Shown one piece after another: positions 41,224-55,841 of a stretch of 64,000 nucleotides of DNA (its first letter is position 1; every line of letters starts with the position of its first letter). Under the pieces are notes generated by a model. The model ran no database searches and was not told where the DNA came from. It worked only from the letters and a program-made list of their open reading frames with translations. The stretch comes from Lingula anatina. Lineage: Eukaryota; Animalia; Brachiopoda. The stretch is from the NCBI GenBank assembly GCA_051362555.1, contig CM120647.1:17956651-18020650 (forward strand). The letters are read 5' to 3'. A program made the position numbers and the translations under genes.

Positions 41224-42060
41224 CAGTTCCAGAAGCTGCATCAACACACAATTCAGCAAAACAAAAAAATACCCTTAGACTATAAACAAAGAAATATTTG
41301 AAAGCAGACGGTCAATATCCCAATATCAAAAATAAATAAGCCGACTTCAGGAGAGCCCGATGCCCCACCGAGGCAAACCATACGGCAGACATCAGACTCC
41401 AGCGTGGTTAATTACTCTGAATAACACAACGCACGTGATAGATATTTCTCAATTTTCAGGGAAATCAATTGCAGATATGAACCAGCGAAACCTCACTTCC
41501 GTAAAAGTGTAGGTATTATCGAATGAAACTCGGTGAACGCTAGCCGCCGGTTAACACAATATCAGTCCGACGTGCCACGTTTGGGGCCCGCCATGGCGCA
41601 GTGTGACCTTTGACCTCTTTATACGTCGCTGAGTATCAGACAGAACCTCAAGGAATGTGTCATGTCAGTCTTATAGACTGATAATCATTTAACAAATTGT
41701 TAGATTCTAGGAGATGACAAGGCTGGGTTAAAATGTGGAGATGTTACTTTATAACCGGTAACCCTGAAGAGGCAAGGACAATATTGAGGGAATGACTTAA
41801 TTGAGACAGCCAACGCGTTTGATGGTGATAAAGGAGTCTTCAGATTTTCTACCTCGGCTTGGCAAAAATTTACTTCAAGTTATTTGGTCACTATAAACTA
41901 AGATTTACGATGTTTTATATCATTCCGAATCATTTAGAGTATTTCGGGGGAATATATCAGCGAAGAAATATCAATCAATCGGAGGAATAACTTCCACTGA
42001 TACATCATCCGAATCTTGCGGTCTAGAGAGTGTTCTGAGACTCGGCTAGGGGTTAACACA

Positions 42061-42617
42061 ATGGCGATATTGGGACGTGTGTGGAGAAAACACGTGAAGA
42101 CGCTGTTCTTTATGTATGTGATAGCGGTCCTTTGCCTGTTCAAAGTGTTTCTGGACGTCTCTCTTATTGGCGATCTTTCACAGTGGGAAGATGTTGGTGA
42201 GTATAAATCCCTGTATATTTTGACCGAGTTGAAAGTGATACTGTAATGATATTCAACTCAGGCTTAAGAAAAAGAAGCAATTTTTAAGTGTGTATGTTTG
42301 AGTTTGTGTGTGCAGGGGGGGGGGGGGGGGTGATTATCTTTTAATTTTTTTACGGGGAAGGGGGGGCTACCGTATTGTTTTACTACCCACACATTGCTTT
42401 TAGCAAGATAAAACACTTATTGCACAGCTTTTCCCAAAATGGAAATTTCCTCGACACCGTCTTACTAAACCTAGTTCTGTTCCGTTCTGTGACACGCACT
42501 TTGTCTACTGCTATAAGAAAAGTTAAATTTATTGCCTGATATTCGCAGCCTTTCACCCATTTTCCTTCTGTGCTCTCTCTTCCTCAGTTACTCGATTCCT
42601 CCATCCCACTCATCCTA

Positions 42618-42698
<81 letters not shown>

Positions 42699-45600
42699 AA
42701 GAGTTTATTAAAGAGTTACAAAGTAGTTAGTTCAAATTCAAATAGTTTTACTGTAAGTCCTAAGACATCAGACGCACTTTTCATCCCATGCTCTAGTTAA
42801 ACTACCTGTCTTAATGCGCATTATGCTCAATATCCGTGCCAGTTAATTCTGCATAGTATTCCCATTATAAAAGCTTGAAGACTGAACGGAAGCAACGGGG
42901 TTTATCACGATATGAAGACAAGTTTTTAAAGGACTAAAAAATACCAGAATCCCCAGCTGAGTTATTCTCCCAATGTCTCATCACTTATTTATTGATTTAG
43001 TCTATCAACAAAGTTCAATTTAACATTAGAATGTAATGATAAAATAAAATAATTGTCCATAGTCTCATTTCATGAGAATTGCCTTCGCCAAATGTCTCGA
43101 GATTTATCTAAGACAGTAGGACTTTAACTGCTAGACGTCAATGGGTAAGTTTTTTTTGTGTGTGTGTTTGTGTGTGTGTGTGTGGGGGGGGGTTGAAAGA
43201 ACCGCAATGTTGACCGTGGGAGGTTCGCCTTAATAAAAATGCTCTCAAAGTACGTCTTTATTACATTTTAGTCCTCATGAATTAACCGTTTACTTTCCCC
43301 AGAGGCCGCTAGGGGTCACTCGCATCGGAACACCTCGAAGCAGACGACAGACAAGGTCCTCATCATAACGTACCAGCGCAGTGGCTCCTCCTTCCTGGCC
43401 GAGCTCTTCAACCAGAACCCCGAGGCGTATTACCTCTTTGAGCCTCTCTGGGGGTTCTATAACTCTGTTGATAAAGACAGGGCGGAGTATATGTTGTACT
43501 ATCCGGATAAGTCTACAAGGTACCGTTACCTGGTATTTACCTCCGCCAAGGAGGTTATGTTTTCACCCCTGTTTGTCTGTCTGTCTGTCTGTTTGTCATC
43601 AACATAACTCAAAAAGTTATGAACCGATTTTGATGAAATTTTCAGGGTAGGTGGGAAATGGGTTATCTTAGAAGTGATTAGTTTTTGGTGGTGATCCGGA
43701 TCAATTATAAATCAATAATCAATAATAATAATAACTTGCGGCCTTGGCGGAGGTCTGCGCTCTCGGAGTGCTGTTCTAGTTCTTAATGGTGGTACATGTA
43801 GGCTCTGTTGCGTTTGATCTCTCTCTCTAACTTTGATCCCCCGATCATTTCTTCATTTATTTAATTTTTATTTGCTCATTGATATGTATTATATATATTT
43901 CATATTATATATTTTGCTACAGTAATCTAATTCAAATGAAACGTTCAGTTCTGAACAAAGACTGTTTTCAGTGATACAAACATACGTTAGTTTTGGTTTC
44001 TATGTGCAATCAATAACCAAACTTTTTTTACTCCAAATATTCTCTTCCTGGCAAAAACATTTAATCCTGCCTAAACCTCCCATCCTCTGATTTTTTTTTT
44101 GCATTTTCTCTAATTGCAGGAAACCTCCAGAACGAGGCCTGGAATACAACATGTCCCTGGACATCATCCACAGCCTGCTCACATGCCAGCTGGACCGAGT
44201 CCCCATGCAGATCCTGGCGCCAAAAGGGCTCCACCATCCCTTCTTCACGGACGAGAACAGACACAAGTACCAGGACAAGTAAGTTCAGTTCGGTTGCCCA
44301 TGGCGGGCCTTTGGAGAATAAAGAAAGAAAGGAAGGTGTGGGGCGGAGCAAGTCCTGTGTTTCTTAATTGACCCAGTTTAGCTAATTTTATATTACATAC
44401 ATATACTTACGAGTATACGAGTTTACGGCGATGGTTGGTATATAGGTAGGTTGAGAACCTGATCGGTGACCAAAGGCGAGCCAAATGAGTTAAGAAAAAT
44501 AGGTTTGATGATGGTAATGATAGTGGTAGGGAATGATGCTTGTACTGGGACATGTACATGCATACAGTAGCTGCCTTTGTTTTGTAACATGTTCCTTTTA
44601 TATGCCTTTCTTAATGCTCGTCCTGACCACCACCTCCCCTAATTTAAGCTTCCGTATACACCAAAGTTAAAAGTTGCTGGACACTGTGTACTGTAGTGAA
44701 GACGGTCAGTTATGACCAGGATTTCTTAAGGCCCACAATTATAATATATAATTTTCATTCTTTGTACATAACACTTCAGGTACAAGAAGTGCATTCTTAG
44801 AGCCAGAACAAGATCAAAAGATGTGGAATGCGTCCCCCTTATGAAAGACGTGTGCAACAAATCAACTTTAAAGGCATTCAAAATGTTGCGCCTGCGCATG
44901 AAGCACCTTCCTCAGCTGATGGAACTACATCCGGGTCTTAAGATCATCCACTTGGTTCGAGATCCTCGCGGGATCTTGTGGTCTCGCAGACGACTCGGTA
45001 GACAGTATTTCAGAATGTCGACGGAAAACGAGGGAAGCATCTTATGCCTCTCAATGCTGCAGGACATACAGGCGCGAAAAGAACTGGAGAAAATTTACCC
45101 TGGACGATTTTTACAAATTAGATACGAGGATAACGCGGCTAAGCCTACTGTGGCTGCTTTTAAAGTTTATGACTTCTTAGGATTTAACGTACCACGCCCA
45201 GTCAACGATTGGCTTCTAGACAGCATAACTCCCGTTGAAATGTCTAGTAACGATAGAGAGGCTAGGAGAAGGATAAGAAAAATGCGCTCTTCTTTCAGCA
45301 CGGTGCGCAATGACCCTAAAAAGACGTCACACATGTGGCTAAGGCAAATGCCCTCTCACATGGCCTACGAGGTAGATGAATATTGTAAAGAAGTTCTGGA
45401 ATATCTTGGGTATGAAAAAGTGTCAAAATTGCTCCAAAATGAGACGTTAATGCGTTCTTTAGGGCCTGAAAAGCCAAAAAGTATTGCACATAATTTTGGT
45501 CAACCAAACATGCGGATACCTAACGACGGAGTTGTAGTAAAAAGAAGGATTCTTCCGGATCCTGACCCTGATCCGGACGAGGATGAGGACGAAAAGAGTG

Positions 45601-45734
45601 TGACAAAAGCAAAACGCAAAACTAAAGTGTGGAAAATAGTTAAAAATGCAGCTGGCAAAAATGTAGTGGCGAATCGCGGTAGAATAACTAGCGCTCAATC
45701 CAAAAAGTCTCCCAACGTTCGGACGAAGGCATAG
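42061..45734 (+). CDS. Carbohydrate (Gal/GlcNAc-6-O) sulfotransferase, CHST1/3/4-like, type II Golgi membrane protein, about 488 aa
   Basis: Exons 42061-42196, 43303-43519, 44120-44278, 44780-45734 are in frame. N-terminal TM LFFMYVIAVLCLFKVFL; 5'-PSB TYQRSGSSF; YLFEPLW; 3'-PB IIHLVRDPRGILWSR; RYED. Confidence 0.9.
42618..42694. repeat. Compound (CT)n(GT)n(GA)n microsatellite
   Basis: Directly visible in the sequence. Confidence 0.9.
43537..43779 (+). mobile_element. Helentron-associated/DINE-like element (copy 2) in a sulfotransferase intron
   Basis: ttacctccgccaaggaggttatgtttt...(gtct)n...ccttggcggaggtctgcgctctc...ctag. Confidence 0.75.
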
Positions 45735-46910
45735 TTTTATTTGTATATTTATTTTCAAAACCCATCGGGGAACTGCCCTGAAGAAAGCTGAAAACTTTTG
45801 TTATATTTTATTTCTCTAATATCCGTATCGGGAAATGGATCTCTGCTTGAAAATGAAAGTAGGCCTTAGATATCAGTATCAGTTGCTTACGAATGTGATT
45901 AATAGTACACATACGTAATAAAACAATGTCCATCGTAAATGGATGTACTGTATTTAATTCAAACACATTACTCTCACAATATTTCTATATATACTTCCAT
46001 GTACATGTACTAATATGTTCTATACATATAAATATTATTAATACAGAACCGATGATTTCCCCTATTTAATCAAGGATTTTTTCGATAATCATTCACACAT
46101 CGAATATACATATATTATAATACAGTCCCAAATAATGAAGTCGGAGACTTTGAACAATTTATTGACACTTTATCACAGGTCCCTGGTAAGGATTGGGGGG
46201 GGGGGTCGGCGGATCCGAAGAACTACCCCTTTGGCTGGAAAGATCCGCACTGCTTCTACTGTTAGATTTGATCTACTGGCACAGTTGATTCTATGCACAT
46301 GTAATTTCTCAAGCCAGGTCAAGTACGGGGGCAAAAAGGTTAACACTTCTCTCAAAAAACACCCCATTTGAAATTGATGGTTAAAGGCTTGCTATCTAAT
46401 ATGAAGAGTTAATGTCATCAGGTATCCCTAATACTGCATAATACTGCTTAGTGCATGAGGATGCATATGCTAAGTGATTACTATGTACAGATGTCCTCTA
46501 TTTACAAAGAAATGGAAAGAGTACAAAGAAATGTCATCAGCAACCTCCGTATCATATGACGCTGTTACAATGTATATATATTATTATGCCACTGATAACA
46601 CAAAAAATGATAATGAAGCACGTGCCTCAGGTAGATTCAAATAAGTAGATTCAGATAGATAGATTCAAATTCAGTGCGCAATTCAGGGTTGATATTACTG
46701 GTGGTTGGACACAGGGGTAAGGAAATTTCCCCCCTCTTCATCGCTCGGTTTTGTCTAAATGCAAGTGTTCTCGGGGGAACTATCTGTTTAGACGCGTCCT
46801 TGTTGTCCATCAAACCTCCCTGGACCCACTCGTATTTACATTACATTTAGTGTTGTCTCAGCAAAAGCTTCATATCAACCGATTGATACACAAAGTGCGT
46901 GAGGTCATTC

Positions 46911-48414
46911 CTAATATTTGGACTTTATGGTCCTCCTGTCGGCGCCAGCCACTTCCCAGAATGCAATTCTGAATCCGGTTCTGCTCCTGACTTCCGAGTC
47001 GTACCCGTTAGGTGTGATGTCATAGTCGGCGCGGAAGAGGACCAGGATTTCGTGTGTTTCGGATATTACGGTGACCCGTGGCAGGACATCACAGCAGAAT
47101 CTGAAAAGAAAAATCATTAAAAAGTGTTATATGATGGAATGAATACTGTGAAAATCGTTCCTATTTGGTATTAATAGTAGAAGGATTAAAGTACTAGTAT
47201 TGCTACCGGTACGAACTGTATATATTTGACCTATTACTACTTTTATCAATAGCATAAAGTATAGAAAGAAAGCGCAAATTAGCCCTTTTTTCACGGATCA
47301 GATAAATTTGGTAAAAGCTATTACCTTGTAAACATGTAAACGGTACATGTACCTTGAAAGATGAGAGCAGACAATCAACTTTACCATCCGCCGTACGGAC
47401 CGAATACACACCTCGCTATTAATTTGCCCCCGATACCTTTAAGACGCTATTTCAATCCAAATCATAAAATAAGCAAAAAGGTGCCGTTACAAACTCACCT
47501 AGCGCCTGTTACTGCGATGGACGACCCGTATCGTATTTCCACAGAGTCAACACACTGAAGAAGCGGCTTCTTATAACACTGTAAACCAAACCGTGCGCCA
47601 GTGAAGGTGAAGGCCACTCGTTTGCCTTCCGAGGCCTGAATATATGAATGAAAAAAGTACTTGTAACAGAATGAAATAAGGCAATGCATGAGTTCATCAC
47701 TGAAGTGATCCAACACATTATTATTTTGGCGAGGAAGTACTAGTACATGTAGGCCCTACTAGAGCTTCTGCTACTGGGAGTACATGTAGCTTTGGATATT
47801 CGCCTTCAGTGTGCAAAAAGAGGCAATATATTACTACATGCATCCTTAAATTTATTTTATTTTGAACATCAGGTTAAACTTGATATAAAGTAACTGATTT
47901 TTTTCTCATTATACCACAGTTGCTCAACTACATGTAATGAAACTGTATTAAGGACAACCATATGCCGAACCAACAGAAAACAAATTCTCAAAGATGAAAA
48001 TTTTACTTCTAATGGAAAAAAGGAGGTGATAGCAATCATTTACCTATTTAAAATATTTTCGATTATTAATTTGTTTATTCGTTCTAACCTTAATAAGCCA
48101 GGTACAGGTCTGCAAAGGTGAATAAGACCCCCTCCCGTAGTTTGGTGTTTCGATTGTCCGCTTGGAGGCGCTGGCGTACACAACCCCGCCACACAGGTGC
48201 TCTGAAAGAAACCAAGGAAACCGTAGCTATGCGTGCCATAGACATAGTGCGACCATTGTGTACTTAAGATTTTTGCTGCTCACCACAAAGTTATTCCTGA
48301 ATTTTTGCATCTTCAGAACGTTTACAAACGGTCGCTGTACAGAGTAACCCTGTACTCTTGCACACGGTGCCCGTACGTGTTCTCGCTATAACAATTAACA
48401 GGCAGGAGCGGATG

Positions 48415-48455
<41 letters not shown>

Positions 48456-48636
48456 GTTCATGCCCTAACTCTTACCAAAACTTTTATAATTACCTCCTTC
48501 AGAAGGAATGACGGTGTCACACAAAGCCCCCGTCAAGCCGTCAGGACACACACAGGTGTAACAGTCGTACGGGTCCTGATAACCATCGTGCTCACACGGG
48601 GGCTTATACACTGTCCAGTAGCACCAGCCTGCGGCG

Positions 48637-48677
<41 letters not shown>

Positions 48678-50231
48678 CCAGAATGCAAAATGCAGAATGC
48701 AACGAAGAAAGCAAATAATTAACAAAAAATCATGAAAAAAGTGGCATTATCAGGACCAACATATCACCAGTTCACTATACGAAAAATGACCCGTCAATTA
48801 TTGACTTTGCTTTTTTAAAACCTGGAAACTCTAACAAAATTGTGACCAACCTTTGCAGTAGAAATTGTTGATCGCCTTGGCGTCAAAGAACTGAATATTC
48901 TTCCTGGACGGGTAGCCCATACTGTTCTGAAGCAACGGGTCTTTCGTCTTCATAGTGATTGCGTCCCAACTTTTGCTAAAAATCTGAAATAATGAAGTAA
49001 TTCTATGAACGCCAAGATTTGGGATCACAATTAAGTACGGAGTACACGTCCCTGAATTGATTTCTAAAAAATAAAATAATATAAATATAAACATAAACAT
49101 AAGACACATACACCCTTGCAAAAGATTTGTCGAGGAATTTTTGCTTGGACATTATATGTCCGTTCTGTGATGGTAAAAGCAGGTAATGGAAAGGATTAAC
49201 CCCACCGCCCTATTTCCTTTTCACAAGAACCCCTTCTTTTACTCACGTGATAAATCTTTACCAATCACGTAGCCCCACTTACCCTCGGCCCATAATGCAT
49301 CACGGAGTTGACGTCATAGGGGAAGCCGAGCGTAGTGCTTTTGTCAGCAGACATCTTATCAAACTGTGGCAGTGTCTTTGGCCCCAGGTTGGACCAGATC
49401 ACTTTGATGTAGTTATCCCGGTCAGGCCGCGTGTGCACGTGCAGGAGCCCTAGCACGTGACCGAGTTCGTGCACGACTATTGGAGGCTGAAAAATAAAAG
49501 AAAATTATCATTAAAATTGAAATACATGAAAATGTTTGGTCTGAAAGCACAAACGTTCAGAGTTGTAATGCATCCAAAGAAAATAGAATAAACAAAATGA
49601 TACGAAAATAATAATTATATACATGCTTGAGAGAATTGTTTTTTAAAAACAAAAGAGATATATTTTTGAAATAATAAAATTAATGATTTGTTTAAAACCG
49701 CTCATGACATTCACCATAGCACTGTTTAATTTATGAAGATAGAAGTAAAAATAATATTTCCAAAACGTACATACACTGTACACCATTCTAATTATGAATT
49801 ACTTAATTATAAAATACAAAAATGAGCCAACTAAATCTGTTAATTACTGGGATATACTTAGTGCAAAGTTAGAACAAAGCTTGAAAAATTGAGCATCGAT
49901 CTTTGTGAAGTGTTTGATGTGAGATGCTGGGATATAGGGAAGGTGTTCAACAATTTCACTCACGGCAATGCAGAATTTCCCCAGGAACATCTCTTGTCGG
50001 TTCCCTTTGAAGTATGGTACCCGCCCCGTGTGAGAACCGCACCTTGGGAAAAGACAACACATTAAGTTCAAGTTTAAGGTAAATTATTTCCATTTGAAAA
50101 GGTTCAAAAGTTAAAACTGTATGTTTTAATACCCTGCAATGCTACAGAGTGTACTTATCATTCCCAAGTCAGACGGAAATGAACCTCAAACGTAACCCTG
50201 TCATGTGATTTGAAATTATATCATTAAAAAA

Positions 50232-50268
<37 letters not shown>

Positions 50269-51921
50269 CAGGGTTACCACTTAATATGGAATATTATTTT
50301 TTGGCGAGTAAATTTTCTACAAAATATTTAATTTCCCTCTAACTACTTTAAATCCAAAACTGAGGTGTCACTCCATGTGTAGCCAGGTGTGTTACCTAAT
50401 TACCACACAACTCTCGAAACAATTGATGCATGCAGCTGCATGTTCTGTGGTCAGAAATGTGAGGGGTGGTCTTTTCGGCAATTTCTGCCCTTGTATAAAA
50501 ACGCATGGGTTTGGTCAAATTTTGGAGTGTATTTAGAGAAGCAACAAAGGGATCGCTCTGAAACTTGACAGGTACCTTAGTGAAGATATGGTTCGATAGC
50601 TAAGCAACGCAGCTTACTATGGGATTCTTGCTCTCAGAGAAAATGGCCAGAAACGGACAGTCATTGCCAGGTAATTCAAGATTTATCAGGAACCGTTTGT
50701 AAAGTCCTCCAAAGAAATGCTGCAACAGGGGCACCTTCTCCAATACCTCGACCAGGGTGCCCGCGTATCACACCAAAAAGACAGGATCGCCTTCTCCTTA
50801 GAGGACGCCGTGCTGGTCGTACAAAGACAACCAGTGTCCTCAGAAAAGAGAGGCAGAATGTCATTCAAACGCCCGTTTCAAGGTCCCTCGTGAACAAGAG
50901 ATTACTGAAAACCGGTTATTTTGCACGAAGGCCAGTAGGGAAACCACTGTTAACAGCAGGTCATATACAGCGACGTCTGCAATGGGCTGGGAACCACGTG
51001 CGTTTGCAGCCAAAACATTGGAATCACGTCGTTTTCAGTGACGAGGCCAGATATGGATTTTTTAGGGTTGATGGTCGAATCCGTGTCCACCGACGTGTAC
51101 GAGGGGCATAAAACGATGATTGTGTACTGCCTAGGGTGCAAGCAGGGGATGGTAACGTCTCAGTTTGGGGAGCATTTCATGTCGGTGTCCAGAACCAGTT
51201 GGTTTTTCTAGGAGGCAACCTCATCCAGGATTCCTACAGAGACATACTACGGCAAACAATTCCTCGATTGGTAAGAGCCATCTTCAGGAACAACTTTGTG
51301 TACCAGGACGACTGGGCAACCCCACATCGAGGCCGCAGAATCACTGTTTTTCTTCAAAACCAATGGGTTCAGCAACTGCCCTGGCCTGCAAACTCCCAGA
51401 TATGAACCCAATTGAAAAACTTGGGACAAAAATAACGCACAGAATTAATAGCTATGGTCATCGGCCGGTAAATAGTGATGAACTGCAACAGGCAAATATC
51501 ACTGCGTGGAATGATATCCCCATCCAAACTCTAAAAAACGTGTCACGGGGTATGCCATGTAGGATGAGGGCGCTGCAAGCGGCTGCTGGAGGTCATACTC
51601 GCAGTTACTGACTTTTCATGATTTACTGTAGTGAGTTCTTTGACTGTGTAACATATCACTGTCCGGAGGCTATCATTTTCTTTAATATCTTATCTTAAAG
51701 TTAATACTGACATCAAACTGTTGATATGGTTTTCTGGGGGTGATCCTTTCTTTTGAATGGCATCTTATGTCAGATTTGATATCATTGACCAAAATATCTC
51801 ACAACAGAAGACTGGATGTTTTTATCACTCAGTGACATATTTTTTTAATGACTCAAGCCAAAAAATTAATCAGCACTCAAAAATAACAATGATAAAAAAT
51901 ATTCCATATTAAGTAGCAACC

Positions 51922-51995
<74 letters not shown>

Positions 51996-54900
51996 CCAGA
52001 CCTACTACTTCAATAGTTTAATTACTGATTATTAATTATTTACTTATTTATTTATTGCTTTTATCTGCTTTTACATAACAACTATATGAATGATAATATT
52101 CATAGCTTATGAAAGAAAGTAATTGATATTTATTCATTTAAGTTAAAATTTCCGTTTAAGCACACTAGTCGACATTATAAAAAAAGAGTCCAAATTCTTG
52201 ACTTGGTAATTGTGAGGTTTGATAGAAATAAAACTCGTGTAGAATGTTTTAATGGGGTCAAGTTACTGGTTGTTTACTGAACTTCTCAATGACAGGGAAC
52301 AGGTGAACATCCTGCATAATTCATGAGACTACTCCAATAATGTGGTTGAGTAGTATCTTTAAATGCTCATTAAAGTTTTACGCATATAAACGCAGTACTA
52401 TACGTGAAGTTTCGAGGGCTGGGGTAGCGCTTACACTCGCCAATTTAGCCAAAATGCTAAAACTGACTGAAATTGGCTAAACAAATTAGAGTTGATTTGA
52501 CTCATTTTAGTCAAATTTAAACCATTTGGACAAAAAAGCAATGAAAAAGTAGTTATTTGGTTGAACGAAAAAAATTGCTAGCGCCACCCCAGGAGGGGCT
52601 GTGAAACAACTAACTCGCACCTAACATTGCCAAATTATAGTAAGTAAGGAAGGGCTCTTATTTTTTTTTAATGCAAGAATGAGGAAAGGTGCACATACGT
52701 AAAATTCACGGCATCTTAAATATCTAATTCCCAAATATGACCGCTTGCCGAAGTCCGAGAAGCGAACATAGCGTACGTAGGGATTTTATATTATATAAAT
52801 AAAACTTTTTTTATTATATAAAAAAAACTGGCAAGTATCGGGCCTGAAGCTAAAGGGGTGATTTATCAACGCTGAGGCTGGAACATCGCTTTCGTCCAAA
52901 ATTTTATCGTATGCAGCAGTTGTCGCTGTGCATTTTGGCACTTTCCGAAAATCGGTTTGAAAATAAGGCATGATCAAAATGTATACTTCATAGCTTGACG
53001 TGCAAAAGTGACGTCAGTTACGTTTTAAAAGCGTAGTGAAAAAACTTTCTGTTAAACTCCGCATGGTACTTACAGTCCGTCGTCTCTAGGCCGGGTAATG
53101 GCGAGGGTGGTGGTAGGAAACTCTTTCTGGTCTGCCACTTCCTCAAAGCGGACACACGTATAGTACTCCCATTCCCACATCGCCATCCGCACGATGTCAC
53201 GCGAGTCCTCATCTGTAAGAAGAAAAAATAAGTTCGGCGCGACTTTAAAAAAATTGAAAAAAGAGAACCCTTTGGTTCTATGTCTCTTTTCATCGGATGT
53301 TAGAAAATAGCTTTAACGCCTCATTGACTGAAAATTTTATCAAAAGCTGTTCATAACTTTTTGAGTTAGGCTGACTAGCTAAGAAACCAACAAAGGCAAA
53401 AACATAGCCCCCATGGTGGCTGTTATAATAATAATAATAATATGGCAACACTCCATGTTAATTTAAAGGTATATGATAGACAATCAATTACCTGTAAACC
53501 TAGTGGAGAAAGCGTACGGTATGGGCTGCGGCCACAGCCGCTTGTCCTGCTCCTTGAAGTCAATGATGTGCCTTTTCCTTCTCCGTCTTTTCTTCCTTCC
53601 ATCTTTCTCTGTATTCTGGCATTCGTTTAGCTGCTCCCTGGCTTTGTTCAGTGTATAGATAAAGTCCCCCAGTACGTAAGTGTTAAGGCATCTAGGCGTT
53701 GGCGGACACTGGAGGTTCAGTTGGGTTGAGAATTAAGCATTTTCTAGGTCAACCAATTAATATATAAAAAAGTGTGGAAAATTGTTTTCTTTGAGAGCTA
53801 ATATATAGATAAAAATAGATCATTGAACATTATAAAAGTATTACCGAAAATGGTATAAAATTTTGATACTGTATGGGGATAAGGTTTTTATATATTTTAA
53901 AGATATAACCATCTTGTCTCTAATTATATCTTAAAAGTTAAATTCAAGTTTGTCTCAGACATTTCTGCGGAAATTTGTATCAAAGAAATTCAGAATTGTT
54001 GCAGCATTGGAGATTGTTGTCACACCACGGCCTGAGAGTAGAGAAAGACCAACTTTTATCTGTATGTTTGTGTGCACCAGTATGTATGTATGTATGTATG
54101 TATATACCGGTATGTATGTATGTATGTATGTATGTATGTATGTATGTACCAGTGTGAATGTGTGTGTGTCTATCTATCTATCTATCTATCTATCTATGAT
54201 ATATTTCTGTCTGTTTTATACCTAACGTTGGAAAAAAAGACGAATGAATGAAATAGAAGATGAAAGGGATTAGTTAACAAAACAGGGGAGCTGTGTAAGA
54301 TACCATTATACTTGAAAGGTTGCCCCCAGTACATAATGAAGTCAAATATGGGACTTTAATTGCAAATAATGTACCCCCATCATTAAGGTATTGAGCAAAA
54401 TAGTACCGCAGTGAAACCGCAACAACGCAATGAAGTGTCTATTAACGTCATAGTCATGTCAAGTCCTTAGTAAAAAAATAAAGAAATGAATGAAGTTTGT
54501 TTTTTTATTGAGTACTGCAAACTCAGTCGGGGACACCTGAGACGTTTTTTTATAATTCATGTGTGAAAAGCAGTCAAAATAACTCCTTTGTACACGTCTA
54601 ATTACAAGCAATACCGATCTTCAGTGTGTGTCAATCTTAGTAATTTTGCCTTTTTCTTATTGGATCAATAAAATACAATTCAACGGAGAGACACACAAAG
54701 ACAGGCACACAGACAGACGATTAAAATAAATGAACAAGCAAACCAGTCTGCAAGCAAGTATACAAACAAATAAATGAATAAACGTTGGTTACCTTGTCCT
54801 CGCCAAGATATTTCAGACACGTACACTGGACAAGTTCTCCAAGAACGCAGCCGATTTCTTGAACCTCATTCTGTGAGAGACTAAAAACCCTCGTTTGATT

Positions 54901-55802
54901 TTGATCAGTTACGTTTTGAAGCGGTCGTGGTCCCTCCGCTGAACGGGACTGTACTCTTCTTGCCAGTGATGCACTCTCCGTGACCTCTGACTGAAAATAG
55001 AAATATACGTGAGACTAGTCTAGTTTGTCTTGTTAATTTGTTTTAATGCTTGTATTATTCTTTTGAGGAATATACATTCAAAATATGATGATATTAATAG
55101 GGGTACTAGTATTTTCCAGATTCATTTACTGGCCTTGTGGTGGGTGTTAGGTTTTTGACAGTCCAAATAACTGACTTTCATGTTATTAAATTTTATTTTG
55201 AAATTCTCGTCAATGTATTCCTGTTTTTCTCTTTCACTATCCTTACTTCTCGTTTGACTTTGAAATGCTTAGTGCGGATTTTAAAGTGCACGACGAGTCA
55301 ATGACTTGGTGGAAGTAAACATAAAACAAATAAAATGAATAAATGTATTTATGCCAAGCATCCACTAGGTGCGTGGATGAAATACTTGTCAACACATCAG
55401 AGAGTAATCGGAGTCTTTTTCTCGTTTCCGCTTTAAGACCAATCTTTGACAGATGCCAATGTTTTATCAAAATCAGTATTTGAGAATAAAACCTATAAAT
55501 TTTTTCTAGCGACTGACTCTTTACTAACGGACCTGAAATCCCTAAGGGTGCCTTCCAAAAAAAAAAAAAATCTAATTGAATTGAAACCAGTCTAATTCAA
55601 TCTAATTGAAACCTTGGCATGGCAACAATTAAGAAAAGTAATTTGCAATGCCAAAGTATATCTAAATTGTTGTCCACCTATCTGTATCAATAAACATATT
55701 TCAAGCTTTCTTAGGGATACAAGTGCCCTGAATTTATGACTTGAAGTTTGGAAACAATTCGTTTTTCTTCTCTTGACGATGAGTGCCCTTAGCTCTCTCT
55801 AT

Positions 55803-55841
<39 letters not shown>

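Noticed and set aside
43063-43144. Candidate extra sulfotransferase exon (ag...GG|GTAAGT)
   Set aside because: It has stops in all three frames, and exon 1 joins 43303 in frame without it.
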